Below are positions 31,680 through 46,561 of a stretch of DNA of 64,000 nt, in pieces. A program made the position numbers and the translations under genes. Source of the DNA: Eledone cirrhosa (lineage: Eukaryota). The notes beneath the pieces are model-generated. The model saw nothing but the letters and a program-made list of their open reading frames with translations. It was not told where the DNA came from and made no database searches. The DNA is taken from NCBI GenBank assembly GCA_964016885.1, contig OZ024753.1, positions 38,502,001 to 38,566,000 on the forward strand, given 5' to 3'. Position 1 is the first letter of the stretch. Each line of letters begins with the position of its first letter.

Positions 31680-32059
31680 CTGCTTTGACAGCGATGTCAA
31701 TGCTATTAGTTGCCATGACAACGACACTGATGGCTGTTGCTATGACGCTGTTGTTCTTTTCAAAGTATTATAAAGTCATCACAGCTTTCTACATCACTGT
31801 ATGAATCCCTGGAGTCTTCTCCCAAAACCCCCAGCCCGCTTCAAACATTATTGTAACATTATTGGAATCCATGTTTGTTTTGTTTTTTTTTATAAATAAA
31901 ATTATGGATTTAAAAAAAAAATTAAAGCCCATAAATGTTTAAAAATAAAAGGGCCTCGTAACAGGGTCAGCATGAAAGGGAAAACCACACCCCTTTTGTT
32001 TCGTTTCGGGTCAGTTTCTCTAAAACGTTGTCAATGGAAAAAAAATATATACATATCAA

Positions 32060-32320
32060 TTGGGGGAGGGGTTGGTGAGACATTTGGTGGCGGGGGAAGG
32101 GGGAATATTTGAGGGGGGAGGAAGTGGGGGGAGACATTTGGTGGCAGGGGAAGGGGGAATATCTTGGGGGTGGAGGAGATGGCGAGACATTTGGTGGCGG
32201 GGGAAAGGGGAATATTTTGGGGTGGAGGAGGTGGGGAGATTATTTGGTGGCAGGGAAGGGGGCATATTTTGGGGGTGGAGGAGATGGGGAGACATTTGGG
32301 AGTTGGGAGATGGGACTGAG
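32060..32320 (+). repeat. G-rich ~53-bp tandem repeat, 5 copies
   Basis: GAGACATTTGG-like motif at 32077, 32131, 32184, 32236 and 32289. Confidence 0.85.
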
Positions 32321-32571
32321 ACAAAAAAAATGTTTGAGTTAATATGGAATTTATCTCTTAATGTCCTGTACCACATGGAACCACATAAGCAAGGCATTTA
32401 AAACATAAGTAGAAAGGGAGCGTTATGACAACACCACATAAAACAGTCTTTATTTAATATTACAAATTTCCATAACGATCGTTCCACTAGTAAAGATTTG
32501 TTATATATATATGTATATATATTTAAAAATGTGAATATATATATATATATATGTTAATATATATATATATA

Positions 32572-32772
32572 TAACAAAGGAATTGTGGTAAGGAACCAAA
32601 TGGACCATAACGCACCAGAGTACTCAATACTTAGGGTAGTAGAGTGGGAAATAGGAAAACGTATGACCCCGACGGCAGAGCTCAAACCGTTTCGACGGCT
32701 ATTTCTGGACTGAGTCCAGAAATAGCTGTCGAAACGGCTTGAGCTCTGCCGTCGGGTCATACTTTTTCCTAT
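32572..32772 (-). mobile_element. TA-embedded fold-back family C, full copy
   Basis: ~80-bp tail plus ~120-bp palindrome containing the HHR 3' half GAAA CGGC..GCCG TC GGG. Confidence 0.9.
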
Positions 32773-33002
32773 ATATATATATATATATATATATATACTG
32801 TTATATTTGGAGAGGGTCATATTGTTATAAGATTGCCAGAAATAATTGTTTCTACTTTAGGCACAAGGCCAGCAATTACCCAGTACATTACTGGTACTTT
32901 ATAATAACAGAATACACTGACTGTTTGGTTTGGGTTGGTTTTCGTTTCTGTATCTTTTATATCTCTATAGTTAATTTATCTGGCAATCAATGTATTTAAG
33001 TC

Positions 33003-33381
<379 letters not shown>

Positions 33382-33639
33382 TCACACACACACAGAAACA
33401 AAATGGCGTAGGACAGAACAAAGGAGAGGCACAGAAACAAAGAAAGGAATCCCCAGTCACTGAAGAGGTCACAGAGTGTGTGACGAAAGAACTATGACTA
33501 TATATAAACAACTATCTGGTTGTGGAACCAACCAACCAACCAGAAATTTATAAATTTATTATAAATTTATTATAATAAACTGAAGTGAAAGCAACTGGTG
33601 CGTGTGTTTCTTATTGGCAACATGACCCTCCCAAAGTAT

Positions 33640-33678
<39 letters not shown>

Positions 33679-33681
<3 letters not shown>

Positions 33682-33777
33682 CAAAGAAAGTGTGGTAAGA
33701 TACCAGCTGGACCATAACGCACCAGAGTACTCGATACTTAGGGTAGTAGAGTGGGTAATAGGAAAAGAGTCAGGACA
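33679..33777 (-). mobile_element. family C tail-only copy
   Basis: GTGGTAAG...GGACCATAACGCACCAGAGTACTCGATACTTAGGGTAGTAGAGTGGGTAATAGGA next to (TA)n. Confidence 0.85.
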
Positions 33778-34007
33778 GTGACGCTTATAAATATATAAAT
33801 ATATACGTATATATACTCACACACACACATATATATATACACATGCTTACACACACACATATAAGTATATAAGGATATATGCACATAGGTGTGTACATAT
33901 GAATGTAAAAAGCAAATAACATATAATGTGGAAGTTGAGAGTGTTTATATTATATTATGTTATGTTATGCTACACATTAAGTGTCAAATTGTATATATAT
34001 ATATATG

Positions 34008-34089
<82 letters not shown>

Positions 34090-34295
34090 ATAAGTGTGTG
34101 CAAGTATATATATATATATATATATATACACGGGTTCTCTTCCACTATTTTTCTCTGTGTATCCAAACATGTCGCTGTGTCCATTTCTATCTTACCCCTC
34201 TTCTCTTTTCATTCAATCTAACGCATACACATACACATACATGCCCACACGCACACATACACACACGCACACACACACGCACACACACACACACG

Positions 34296-34327
<32 letters not shown>

Positions 34328-34609
34328 CACACACCCACACACACATTGACACACGCACACACACACACACACCCACACCCACCCACACACGCGCACACAC
34401 ACATTGACACACGCACACATACACACATGCCCTCACACACACACACACACACACACACAGAGGGTGACACATGTAAACCGATGTAATCAGATGATTATCC
34501 CTGCAGGCAAAGTTGATGAAATCTGGTTCAGCATCCTATCTTCAGGTTCAGCATCCTATCTTCATGTAAATCTCGCTTCTGTCTGTTGCACCGGTGTATT
34601 CGGGAAAGT

Positions 34610-35520
34610 TCTCTCCTCCGTCTCTTCTCGTTCTCTTCCCGTCCTCTCCTCCGTCTCCTTTCATTCTCTTCCCACCCTTTTTTCATTTCTCTTCTCGTTC
34701 TCTACCCGTCTTTTTCTCGTTCTCCTCTCTGTCACTTCTAGTTCTCTTCCCGTCCTTCTCCACTCGTCCTTTTCTCGTTCTTTTCCCGTCCTCTTCTCCG
34801 TCTCCTTTCATTCTCTTCCCACCCTTTTTTCATTTCACTTCTCGTTCTCTACCCGTCTTTTTCTCGTTCTCCTCTCTCCCACTTCTCGTTCTCTTCCCGT
34901 CCTTCTCCACTCGTCCTTTTCTCGTTCTTTTCCCGTCCTTTCCTCCGTCTTCTTTCATTCTCTTCCCACCCTTTTTTCATTTCTCTTCTCGTTCTCTTCC
35001 CGTCTTTTTCTCGTTCTCCTCTCTCCCACTTCTCGTTCTCTTCCCGTCCTTCTCCACTCGTCCTTTTCTCTTTCTCTTCCCGTCCTCTTCTCCGTCTCCT
35101 TTCATTCTCTTCCCATCCTTTTTTCATTTCTCTTCTCGTTCTCTACCCGTCTTTTTCTCGTTCTCCTCTCTCCCACTTCTCGTTCTCTTCCCGTCCTTCT
35201 CCACTCGTCCTTTTCTCTTTCTCTTCCCGTCCTCTCCTCCGTCTCCTTTCATTCTCTTCCCACCCTTTTTTCATTTCTCTTCTCGTTCTCTACCCGTCTT
35301 TTTCTCGTTCTCCTCTCTGTCACTTCTCGTTCTCTTCCCGTCCTTCTCCACTCGTCCTTTTCTCTTTCTCTTCCCGTCCTCTCCTCCGTCTCCTTTCATT
35401 CTCTTCCCACCCTTTTTTCATTTCTCTTCTCGTTCTCTACCCGTCTTTTTCTCGTTCTCCTCTCTCACTTCTCGTTCTCTTCCCGTCCCTCTCCACCCGT
35501 CATTTTCTCGTTCTCTTCCC
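34610..35520. repeat. 147-bp pyrimidine-rich tandem repeat, ~6 copies
   Basis: TCATTCTCTTCCCA at 34661, 34808, 34955, 35102, 35249 and 35396. Confidence 0.95.
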
Positions 35521-35740
35521 GTCCTCTTCCCGTCCCTTTCACGTGCTCTTCTCGACCCTCTCCCATTCTCTTCTTTGCCAGTATATTCCATTCTATCCTC
35601 ATCTCAGCTGGTTTCTTCATAATCCAGGTTCTCTTTCTTTTACCTTAGTTCTTTGTTAAGAAGTGGCATCTATTTTTCTGTTTCATTCTCTCTATCCCTC
35701 TAATCCTTTTTCTACCCCCCTCTCTCTCTATATATATATA

Positions 35741-35853
35741 ATTGTTTCTTCTTTTGGCACAAGGCCAGCAATTACCCAGTGTATTACTGGTACTTTATTT
35801 TATTGACCCCGTAAGGATGAAAGGCAAAGTTAACCTCGGCGGGATTTGAACTG
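35741..35853 (-). mobile_element. SINE family A, 5'-truncated
   Basis: Near-identical to 6830-6942. Confidence 0.85.
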
Positions 35854-36101
35854 TATATATAATGTATATTGATAATATAAAATAAGTAACATTTCATTGT
35901 TCTAACTGATTATATGTTTCTTGTACAAGATATCTAAATTATTGTCACAATAACAATATTTCTGTCTATTCTCACAAGTTCTCTCTGTTTCGAAACACTT
36001 TGACTACCATTTCATTGAGGGATTATTGGTTAGCAAGTCGATATATATTTTTTATATACCGATAATTTCAAGTATATATACCCGTCGGGGTCTTACTTGT
36101 T

Positions 36102-36131
<30 letters not shown>

Positions 36132-36134
<3 letters not shown>

Positions 36135-36326
36135 CGAAGGAATTGTGGTAAGGAACCAGATGGACCATAACGCACCAAAGTACTCAATACTTAGGGTAGT
36201 AGAGTGGGTAATAGGAACAAGTATGACCCCGACGGCAGAGCTCAAGCCGTTTCGACGGCTATTTCTGGACTGAAATAGCCGCCGAAACGGCTTGAGCTCT
36301 GCCGTCGGGGTTATACTTGTTCCTAT
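36132..36326 (-). mobile_element. family C full copy (with an extra arm fragment at 36081-36105)
   Basis: Tail plus palindrome, flanked by (TA)n. Confidence 0.9.
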
Positions 36327-36344
36327 ATATATATATATATAAAT

Positions 36345-36376
<32 letters not shown>

Positions 36377-36450
36377 CCTTTTAATCTTCCCTCCTTTTTA
36401 ATATGTTTCCACCACTCCCTCTCACACCTCTTTTCCTTCCGACCTTTCTC

Positions 36451-36478
36451 CTGATGAAGGGCTTATGCCCGAAACGTC
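36451..36478 (+). ncRNA. minimal HHR core of the PLE pLTR type, stem I not evident
   Basis: CTGATGA a GGGC ttat GCCC GAAA CG TC. Confidence 0.55.
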
Positions 36479-37121
36479 GTCCACCAACCACCATCCTCAA
36501 GAGTGAACCTAATACCAACACTTTTCGCTATAGTAGAAGGACACTTGCCCAGGTTGCGACGTAGTTGGTAGAATCCAGAACCACTTGATTGTGAAACGAA
36601 CTCCACACACACACATACACACGCCCCCGCCCCCCCACACACAATGCCTGTTGCTGCTTCGCTAGGACAACAGTTTGTATTGTAGTAGTTAATTCTTCAT
36701 AGCCACCTCCAACAAATTCAAAAATAAATTCTTCCACTCTGTATGTTAAACAACAGAGAATCCGAAGCAAGGCTATGTCAGGCCAGGCAAAAACCATCAG
36801 TTCCCACTTTACTTAATAATATTGTAACGAGTCAATGTTTCATCTGCATTGCTAATTTAAAGATTAGTCTTGTGGTGGTTAAATCCATTTCTAGCTTATT
36901 TTCTTTACTTTTGTATCATTGTTTTCGTTTTTTTTTATTTGATTTTTTTCTTTCTGCGCTCACCCTCTCCCGCTTTTGTTGTTTCTTCTTTTTTCCATTT
37001 TCTTCTTGTTTTTCTTGTTGTTGTTTTTCTTCACCCGTAACTTCTTTATTAGCTTTTAATCTTTCAGAAATCATTCTAACGTTGGCCACATTGGAATACT
37101 AAGTTAATTTGTTCACACAAG

Positions 37122-37199
<78 letters not shown>

Positions 37200-37591
37200 A
37201 TCTCTCTCCGTATCTTCCTTCATCACCTACTTCAAATAAATAAATAAATAAATAAGTAAGTGAAAATGAAAGAAAGAAAAAAACAACAACAACAACAACT
37301 AGAAAACAGACAAAAACAAAAACCCCTCAGCGAATTCAAATAAGAGTTATCGAACGTAATAGATAATCCGTACATTTTTGCAGTTTCAACTCTATCACCT
37401 AATTAAATCTTTTAAAACTTCCGCTACAACAGTATGAACTGATTTTTAACCGAACAGAAAATGTCTTTTGTCTTTTTTCGATGACATTTTTCTCGTTTTA
37501 ATTCCTTCTTTCATTCAACCAGTAAAAGATTATCGTTAAACTAAAGCCTCGTAAGAAATCGAAGCCATTACATCGCGTTTTCTTTTCACAG

Positions 37592-37715
37592 AGGAAAGGC
37601 GCATAGCCTAGTAGTTAGGGTGTTTGAGTCACAATCATAAGGGCGTAGGTTCAGTTCGTGGACAGGGCAGTGTGTTGTGTTCTTCAGCCAGGTACTTAAT
37701 TTCATGTTGATTTTC
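37592..37715 (+). mobile_element. SINE family B head
   Basis: GGCGCATAGCCTAGTAGTTAGGGTG...GGTTCAGTTC...TGTGTTGTGTTCTTCAGCCAGGTACTT. Confidence 0.7.
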
Positions 37716-38530
37716 ATGTTAGGACTGCTGGCCCCTATCATTAAAGCATCCGAGAGTTCTACTATGATATATAGCCTCGTATAAGGCCAGCTAAGCGTAA
37801 AGATATGAGCTGTAACAACAATATTAGGACTGGGGTCTCTCTCATTAAAACACCCAAGAAACCTCCAGTGAGATACTGCCTCGTAGGAGGCCAACTAAAC
37901 CTACATCGATGTGAGTTGTAACAACAATATAATACGACAGGCCACCCCTAACATTAAAACACCAGAGAGACCTCCTATGAGATATAACCTCGTAGGAGGC
38001 CAGCTAAACCTAAAGATATGAGCTGTAACAACAACATGATAGGACTGGGACCCCTGTCATTAAAACACCCAAGAAACCTCTTATGAGATATAACCTTGTA
38101 TGAAGCCAGCCAAACCAACAAATATATGAGCTGTAACAACAAAATCCTGGCAGCACGACATCCCCTAACATTAAAAGGCCCGAGAGCTCTTCTGTGAGAT
38201 ATAAGCACGTATGAGGCCAGCTAAATGTACATATATGAGCTGTAATAACAACATGATAGGACTGGGGCCCCATATCATTAAAACCTACATATATGAGCTG
38301 TAACAACAACATGATAGGACTGAGGCCCCATATCATTAAAACCTACATATATGAGCTGTAATAACAGCAACATGATAGGACTGAGGCCCCATATCATTAA
38401 AACCTACATATATGAGCTGTAACAACAGCAACATGATAGCACTGGGATGCCCTTCATTAAAACACCCAAGAAACCTCTTATGAGATACACAGGAGACCAG
38501 CTAAACCTACAAAGATGTGAGCTGTAACAA
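37716..38530. repeat. ~107-bp tandem repeat with internal ~58-61-bp deleted units
   Basis: GAGCTGTAA at 37807, 37913 (variant), 38020, 38128, 38237, 38295, 38353, 38414 and 38519. Confidence 0.9.
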
Positions 38531-38577
38531 GAGTGTGTTGTAAGTATGGTCCTTTGAATTACAGGTGCAGTGCATCC

Positions 38578-38738
38578 AACGGGCTTCCAAACAGTTTCTG
38601 TCTACCTAATTTCCCTCACAAGGCATGGGTCGAACCTGAAGCTTTGGGAAAAGACACTTGCTCAAAATACTACGCCATAGGATCGAGCCCACGACCTATT
38701 GATTAAGAGGCAAACTTCTTAAACATTCAACCATGCTG
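38578..38738 (-). mobile_element. third tRNA-like SINE family, 5' part (related pieces at 36530-36605 and possibly 57330-57545)
   Basis: AAGACACTTGCTCAA...GGATCGAGCCC is shared in degenerate form with GGACACTTGCCCAGG at 36539. Confidence 0.55.
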
Positions 38739-38960
38739 CGTTCAAGTTGTACATACGACAAAGATAACATTTGATTATATCGCTAATGCCTGTCATCGAT
38801 CTAATTCGATTGATTAGATCTATTGATGACTTAAATCACCTCCCCAACCTAAACCCCGACTCCAACTTCCTCCTCCCTTTTTCTTCCAGTCATTCAGCCA
38901 TCCTTCTCCCATCTTTACATTCTTTCTTTCTTTTTTTCTTTCCTTCTTTCTTTCTTTCCT

Positions 38961-39012
<52 letters not shown>

Positions 39013-39040
39013 TCCTTCTTTCTTTCTTTTTTTCTTTCCT

Positions 39041-39072
<32 letters not shown>

Positions 39073-39128
39073 TCCTTTTTTCTTTCTTTTTTTCTTTCCT
39101 TCTTTCTTTCTTTCTTTCTTTCTTTCCT

Positions 39129-39177
<49 letters not shown>

Positions 39178-40163
39178 GTTCTTTTCTTCCTTCCTTCCTT
39201 CCTTCCTTATCTCTGACCCTCCTATGTTTTTGTTTTTGTTTTCCTACATATGTAATTTTCCACTTAAGAACTCAACTGTTTGCGCTCGGCACACTCAAGC
39301 CCCGAAGACAAAACGACACCAAATAACCACCATATCCACCTCCGCTACCACTACAACCATTATCTCCACCACCACCACCACCATCTCTACCACTACCACC
39401 ACTACCGTCTCCACCACCACCATCTCCACCACCAACGACAACATCACCCTTCATCTCCACCACTATCGTCACCATCATCTCCACCACCACCATCATCTCC
39501 ACCACCACCACCACCACCACCACCTCCACTACAACCACCACCACCACCACCACAACCACCATCACCACCACCACCACCACTACAACCACCATCACCGCCA
39601 CCACCACCACCACCACCTCAGGCAATAACAACAATAAAACCAACAACAACCACAATAACAACAACTTAAGAGGCAATAATAACAAAAACAACAACAACAA
39701 CAACAACAACAACAGCGTGAGAGGCAATAACAACAACAAAAATAACAAATATTTCAGCCTCAGGGAATCTTATTACAAGCAATCATTCTCGCTAATACGT
39801 GCAGAGAGCGGAAGCAATCAGTTCACAATAACAACAACACCAACAACAATAACAACAACACTAACTGAGTGACCAAACTTTAATTTTTACAGAGGTCGCT
39901 GTTCACTTATATTGACTGTTCCGCTATTGTATTATTGCCCTTGTTAAAGTCTTCCCTGAAAATCTGTTTCAGTATTACTCAATAATAATGCTTTTTAATC
40001 CAGGCAGAAGTTCAGCAAATTTTTTTGTGGGGGTGGGTGGGAGGTGAGAGGAGACAGATATTATATCGGCCCCCAATACTTGACTGGTACACAAATTTTA
40101 TTGACCTCCGTCAGATTTGAAATCAGAACAAGAGCTATAACAAATACTGTTCGACGTTCTGAA

Positions 40164-40245
<82 letters not shown>

Positions 40246-40250
<5 letters not shown>

Positions 40251-40407
40251 AACCAGTAAGACCCCGACGGCTGAGCTCAAGCGGTTTCGAAACGGCTTGA
40301 GCTCAGCCGTCGGGGTCTTACTGGTTCCTATTACCCACTCTACTACCCTAAGTATTGAGTACTTTGGTGCATTATGGTCCACCTGGTTCCTTACCACATT
40401 TCCTTCG

Positions 40408-40410
<3 letters not shown>
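40246..40410 (+). mobile_element. family C copy with stem II region fully deleted
   Basis: Centre reads GCGGTTTCGAAACGGC; tail intact; (TA)n on both sides. Confidence 0.9.
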
Positions 40411-40456
<46 letters not shown>

Positions 40457-40483
40457 TATATATATATACAAATATATATATAA

Positions 40484-40527
<44 letters not shown>

Positions 40528-40554
40528 TTATATATATATATTTGTATATATATA

Positions 40555-40610
<56 letters not shown>

Positions 40611-40637
40611 TATATATATATACAAATATATATATAA

Positions 40638-40709
<72 letters not shown>

Positions 40710-40742
40710 TTATTTATATATATATTTGTATATATATATATA

Positions 40743-40787
<45 letters not shown>

Positions 40788-40789
<2 letters not shown>

Positions 40790-40963
40790 AGGGAGTGTAA
40801 CTAGGAGTTACTGTAGGTTCACTTCAGTGTCGAGGTGTTGAGCTAGAGTATATTATAGTGAAATAAAATAACAAGGACGATTGGTTAGTCCTTTATTACG
40901 TTTATTAGTTGGTCAATAAACGTAATGAAGGAGTAACCAATCGTACTTATTATTTTATTTCAC

Positions 40964-40967
<4 letters not shown>
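40788..40967. mobile_element. TA-embedded fold-back family G
   Basis: Arms 40854-40906 / 40915-40967; the unique tail AGTTACTG.AGGTTCAC.TCAGT..CGAGGTGT.GAGCTAGA recurs at 47774-47815. Confidence 0.8.
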
Positions 40968-40996
<29 letters not shown>

Positions 40997-41078
40997 CAGA
41001 CATTTGTATATATGCATATATATATGTATATATGTATACATATCTAAGCATACACATATACACAACACCCCCATACAT

Positions 41079-41164
<86 letters not shown>

Positions 41165-41167
41165 ATA

Positions 41168-41698
<531 letters not shown>

Positions 41699-41876
41699 GA
41701 ATAATCGAGTATCGGAAAATCAGCTCACGAATTAACGATAAACAATATCCGATATGAGTGGCAGAGGGCTCAATAATTTGGATAAATCAGAGCTATAACC
41801 ATCGTTAAATTACCAACACAGAGATTATGCCTAAAATCACCCGTACAGCCGAAAAAGAACGACTAGGAGGATTCAT

Positions 41877-42094
41877 ATAGGAACGAACGAGTAGGACCCC
41901 GACGGCTGAGCTCAAGCCGTTTCGACGGCTAATTCTGGACTAATTAGTCTAATTAGTCCAGAATTAGCCGTCGAAACGGCTTGAGCTCAGCCGTTGGGGT
42001 CCTACTCGTTCCTATTACCCACTCTACGACCCTAACTATTGAGTACTTTGGTGCGTTATGGTCCACCTGGTTCCTTACCACATTTCCTCCGTTA
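41877..42094 (+). mobile_element. family C full copy
   Basis: Palindrome centre CTGGACTAATTAGTCTAATTAGTCCAG; tail ends CCTCCGTTA(TA)n. Confidence 0.9.
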
Positions 42095-42101
42095 TATATA
42101 T

Positions 42102-42132
<31 letters not shown>

Positions 42133-42133
42133 A

Positions 42134-42216
<83 letters not shown>

Positions 42217-42225
42217 TATATATAT

Positions 42226-42300
<75 letters not shown>

Positions 42301-42314
42301 TCATATGCAGACAT

Positions 42315-42362
<48 letters not shown>

Positions 42363-42641
42363 GCACAATATTATTAGGTGGGCAGATCTAGAGACCTAGA
42401 GATCTATCGAAATATTACTATGTATTATGAAAACATGAAATCATTATGCCGAGAGCAGCCTGATATTAGAACAATTATAACTGGTGTTTGATAGTGATTT
42501 ATTAATGTAGAAACTTGTGTTGCTGTCCAATAATTTCTGATTGATGACTCGATTGAGACACAACCTTCACGTCATTTTTACTCTAAAAAACTGTCTCTTC
42601 TATGAAATATAGGGAGATGGTCGACAAGAGCGATATACACG

Positions 42642-42700
<59 letters not shown>

Positions 42701-42809
42701 ATGTATATATATATGTATGAGTATGTATGTATATATATATGTATGAGTATGTGTGTATGTATATATATATGTATGAGTATGTGTGTATATATATATATGT
42801 ATGAGTATG

Positions 42810-42872
<63 letters not shown>

Positions 42873-42942
42873 ATATATATATACATATATATATATATGT
42901 ATAAATGATTTATATATATATATATATATATATGTGTATATG

Positions 42943-42973
<31 letters not shown>

Positions 42974-42985
42974 GTATAAATGATT

Positions 42986-43052
<67 letters not shown>

Positions 43053-43395
43053 CATATAAATGTATCGAATATATATATATATATATATACACACACACCA
43101 CACACACACATATATATATATCGCATATATACATACATACATATATACATATATATATGTATATATATGTATATGTGTATATATATATATATATGTATGT
43201 ATACACACACATATATATATATATATAAGAAAATAGCCATGCTCATCAGCACCTTTACTGCAGCAGGTCACGTGGTTTGATGGATGATGTTGTTTCGTTA
43301 TTTATCTTCGTCCTGTCCTCAAGGAGAGATTGTCAGTCACAGTGTAACTATATATGATAGAATATGACACTAACTATAGCGTCGTCTAGCTACTG

Positions 43396-43485
<90 letters not shown>

Positions 43486-43961
43486 ACAACCACCATCACT
43501 ACCACAACGACCAGCTTTGACGACGTCAAAGTATGGAACTAGGCAGAGAAAATTCCAGTCAAAACTTCCTTAATCTTCGAGGTTTCGAAGTATTTCGGTT
43601 ATATACGTCCACTATTGTCGTTAGGCATTCCCTTATGTCACCTTGTGCCGTGAAGGCTGGTGGCCTAGTAGTTAAGGTGTCGGAATCATGACCCTTAATT
43701 CGTGAGTTCGTTTCATGGATCCAGGTGGCGTGTTCTCTTCTTGACCAAAATACTGTATTTCACTTCGAAGAAAGGCTTATATATATATATATATATATAT
43801 ATATGTTAAATAAGTAAATCAACTAATACCTTAACACTTCACATGAAGTAAAACATTTCGTTTTAATTATTTTCTAACCCAGAAAAGAGAGAGAGAGACA
43901 CAAAAAAAGGAAAAAAATATATTTTTCTTCCTCATAATCGTCTCTTTCTCCCTGTTTTCAA

Positions 43962-43992
<31 letters not shown>

Positions 43993-44223
43993 GTGGCGGA
44001 AAGGGTCTAAAAATATTGGTTGCCAGGAGATGAAGGGGGCCCACCTACTACCTGCATATAGAATGATATCATTTAATTTTTATAATGAATAAATAACAGT
44101 CTCGAAAAATACATAAGTGGAAACAAAACAGTGCAATCAAATGTTTGCGGAAAAATAATTTACCTTCTCCAATAGAAAAAGTTATGTATTTTGCGAAATC
44201 CAGAGACTTTCAATAACGACCAC

Positions 44224-44670
44224 AAGTCGACCCTAAATATTACTAATAGGTCCAGGAAAGCCATGAACGACACCACATCTTTTTAACTAAGATTTTTAAA
44301 TAGGTTTATAATTATCAATTTTCAACATGCTTTTGTAGCTGTCTCTGTGGCCTAGCTGGAGAAAGCGTAGCCGGTGGTGATCCGGGTCTGAAGTTCGATC
44401 CTGGTAGGGTTCCCAGTAAACCTTTGCAGTTTTTATTTTCTATGGGTTGTAAAATGAAAACTGAAAAAGGTTACATGTATCTCTCGACCAGGATTGACCC
44501 AAGACCAGGATCTACACCGTCTCTAGTACCTACCATTAGGCCACAGAGATAATTACAAAAATCTTATGAAAATTCATACTTATAAACCTACTTTAAACAT
44601 TTTCAAAACAAAGTGTTGTGGTGTCGTTCATGTCTTTTTTAATGTTATTGCTCCTATTTAAAGTCGATTT
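44224..44670. mobile_element. old ~180-bp inverted repeat whose inner ends are tRNA-like
   Basis: 44224-44405 versus the reverse complement of 44487-44670 (CATGAACGACACCACA, TAGGTTTATAA, TCTCTGTGGCCTA, ATCCTGGT). A-box-like TGGCCTAGCTGG and B-box-like GTTCGATCC. Confidence 0.7.
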
Positions 44671-44899
44671 CTAAATCATTTGGGTGTTCCATAAACTTCA
44701 ACCTCGTTTTGTTTCTCATCTAACTAGACTACATTTTAACCTGTAATCCATGTTTCATTTCTGTTCCACCTCATCCCCCCCCCCCACTCTTTATCTCTGT
44801 GATATATGAATCTACTAAGATTTTGGCTTACCTTATTCCTAAAATAAAGTACCAGTAATACACTGGGTAAATAGCTGGCCTTGTGCCAAAAGTAGAAAC

Positions 44900-44963
<64 letters not shown>

Positions 44964-45038
44964 ATATATATATATACATATATACATATATATACACATA
45001 TATATATATACATATACATGTATATATATATATATATG

Positions 45039-45096
<58 letters not shown>

Positions 45097-45123
45097 CACA
45101 TATATATATACATACATATATAC

Positions 45124-45196
<73 letters not shown>

Positions 45197-45199
<3 letters not shown>

Positions 45200-45257
45200 C
45201 GAAGGAAGTGTGGTAAGGGACCAGGTAGACCACAATGCACTAGCGTACTCGATACTA
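45197..45257 (-). mobile_element. family C tail fragment (another arm fragment at 46740-46800)
   Basis: AACGAAGGAAGTGTGGTAAGGGACCAGGTAGACC...GTACTCGATAC. Confidence 0.75.
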
Positions 45258-45661
45258 TCTTAACTTGCTTCTCAATGTATGTAATAAGAACAAACTAACC
45301 AAGCTACTTCTGCACCAATCAAAAGAAACTTACCTGAGATTCCATGCAGGGAGATCGAACCCGAAACCACGTGTTTTCTTATTTCTTTTACTCTCAGTTA
45401 GTTTCTGTGTTTCTTCCTCACTAACTCTATACATCTCTATATTTCACTCGTACTCTCTTTCTCTCTCTCACTTCATCTCTCTCTCTCTCACTCCATCTCT
45501 CTCTCACGCAGTTTCTTAGTCTTTCCATCGATATTACATATCTCAGACACCTTCCTTACCTTCATTGCGTCCAATTCTCTCTCTCTCTCTTTCTTTCTTT
45601 CATTCTCTCTTTCATTCTTTCTCTCTCTGTTTCTGTCCCTCTCCATCATCTCCTCTTTCTT

Positions 45662-45697
<36 letters not shown>

Positions 45698-45785
45698 CTT
45701 TCCTTCTCTCTTTCTCTCTCTCCCTCGCTCTCACCTTTCCCTCTCTCTTTCTCTATCTCTGTATTTCTCCCTTTCTCTCACCTTT

Positions 45786-45849
<64 letters not shown>

Positions 45850-46138
45850 TTCATTCCCTCTCTATCCATACATTCATTAAACATGCATAGTTTTATAGAT
45901 TTATTGAAAAAGACTTTGCACGGCTTCAATGGCGTATTTCCTCGGTTGACTTCCTAGCAAATTATATAGGCCTTTTTTAATATTGATTTCACTTTAGTAA
46001 AGACCTCAGATTTACACGGGAAGAGACATAGCATATCACGCTGTCACGGTGGCGGCCATTTTTTTCTTCAGTGCATAAACTACATTACATGCCAAAAGAA
46101 AAGAAAGTGAGATCCACCAGCAAAGGAACGAAACCCAG

Positions 46139-46293
<155 letters not shown>

Positions 46294-46354
46294 TATATGT
46301 ATATAGGAATATACATATATATATATATATTAATCTCGGGAATTTTACCCGCCC

Positions 46355-46561
<207 letters not shown>

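Noticed and set aside
34404-35648. 414-aa and 342-aa ORFs
   Set aside because: Open only because the 147-bp pyrimidine repeat lacks stops; low-complexity S/F/L/P product.
37716-38530. CRISPR-like regular spacing of GAGCTGTAACAACAA (also 49870-50095)
   Set aside because: The intervening sequences are homologous to each other rather than unique spacers; eukaryotic context and no cas genes.
44341-44412. Possible genuine tRNA gene (also the SINE heads)
   Set aside because: A/B boxes are present but I could not build a consistent cloverleaf; treated as repeat-derived.
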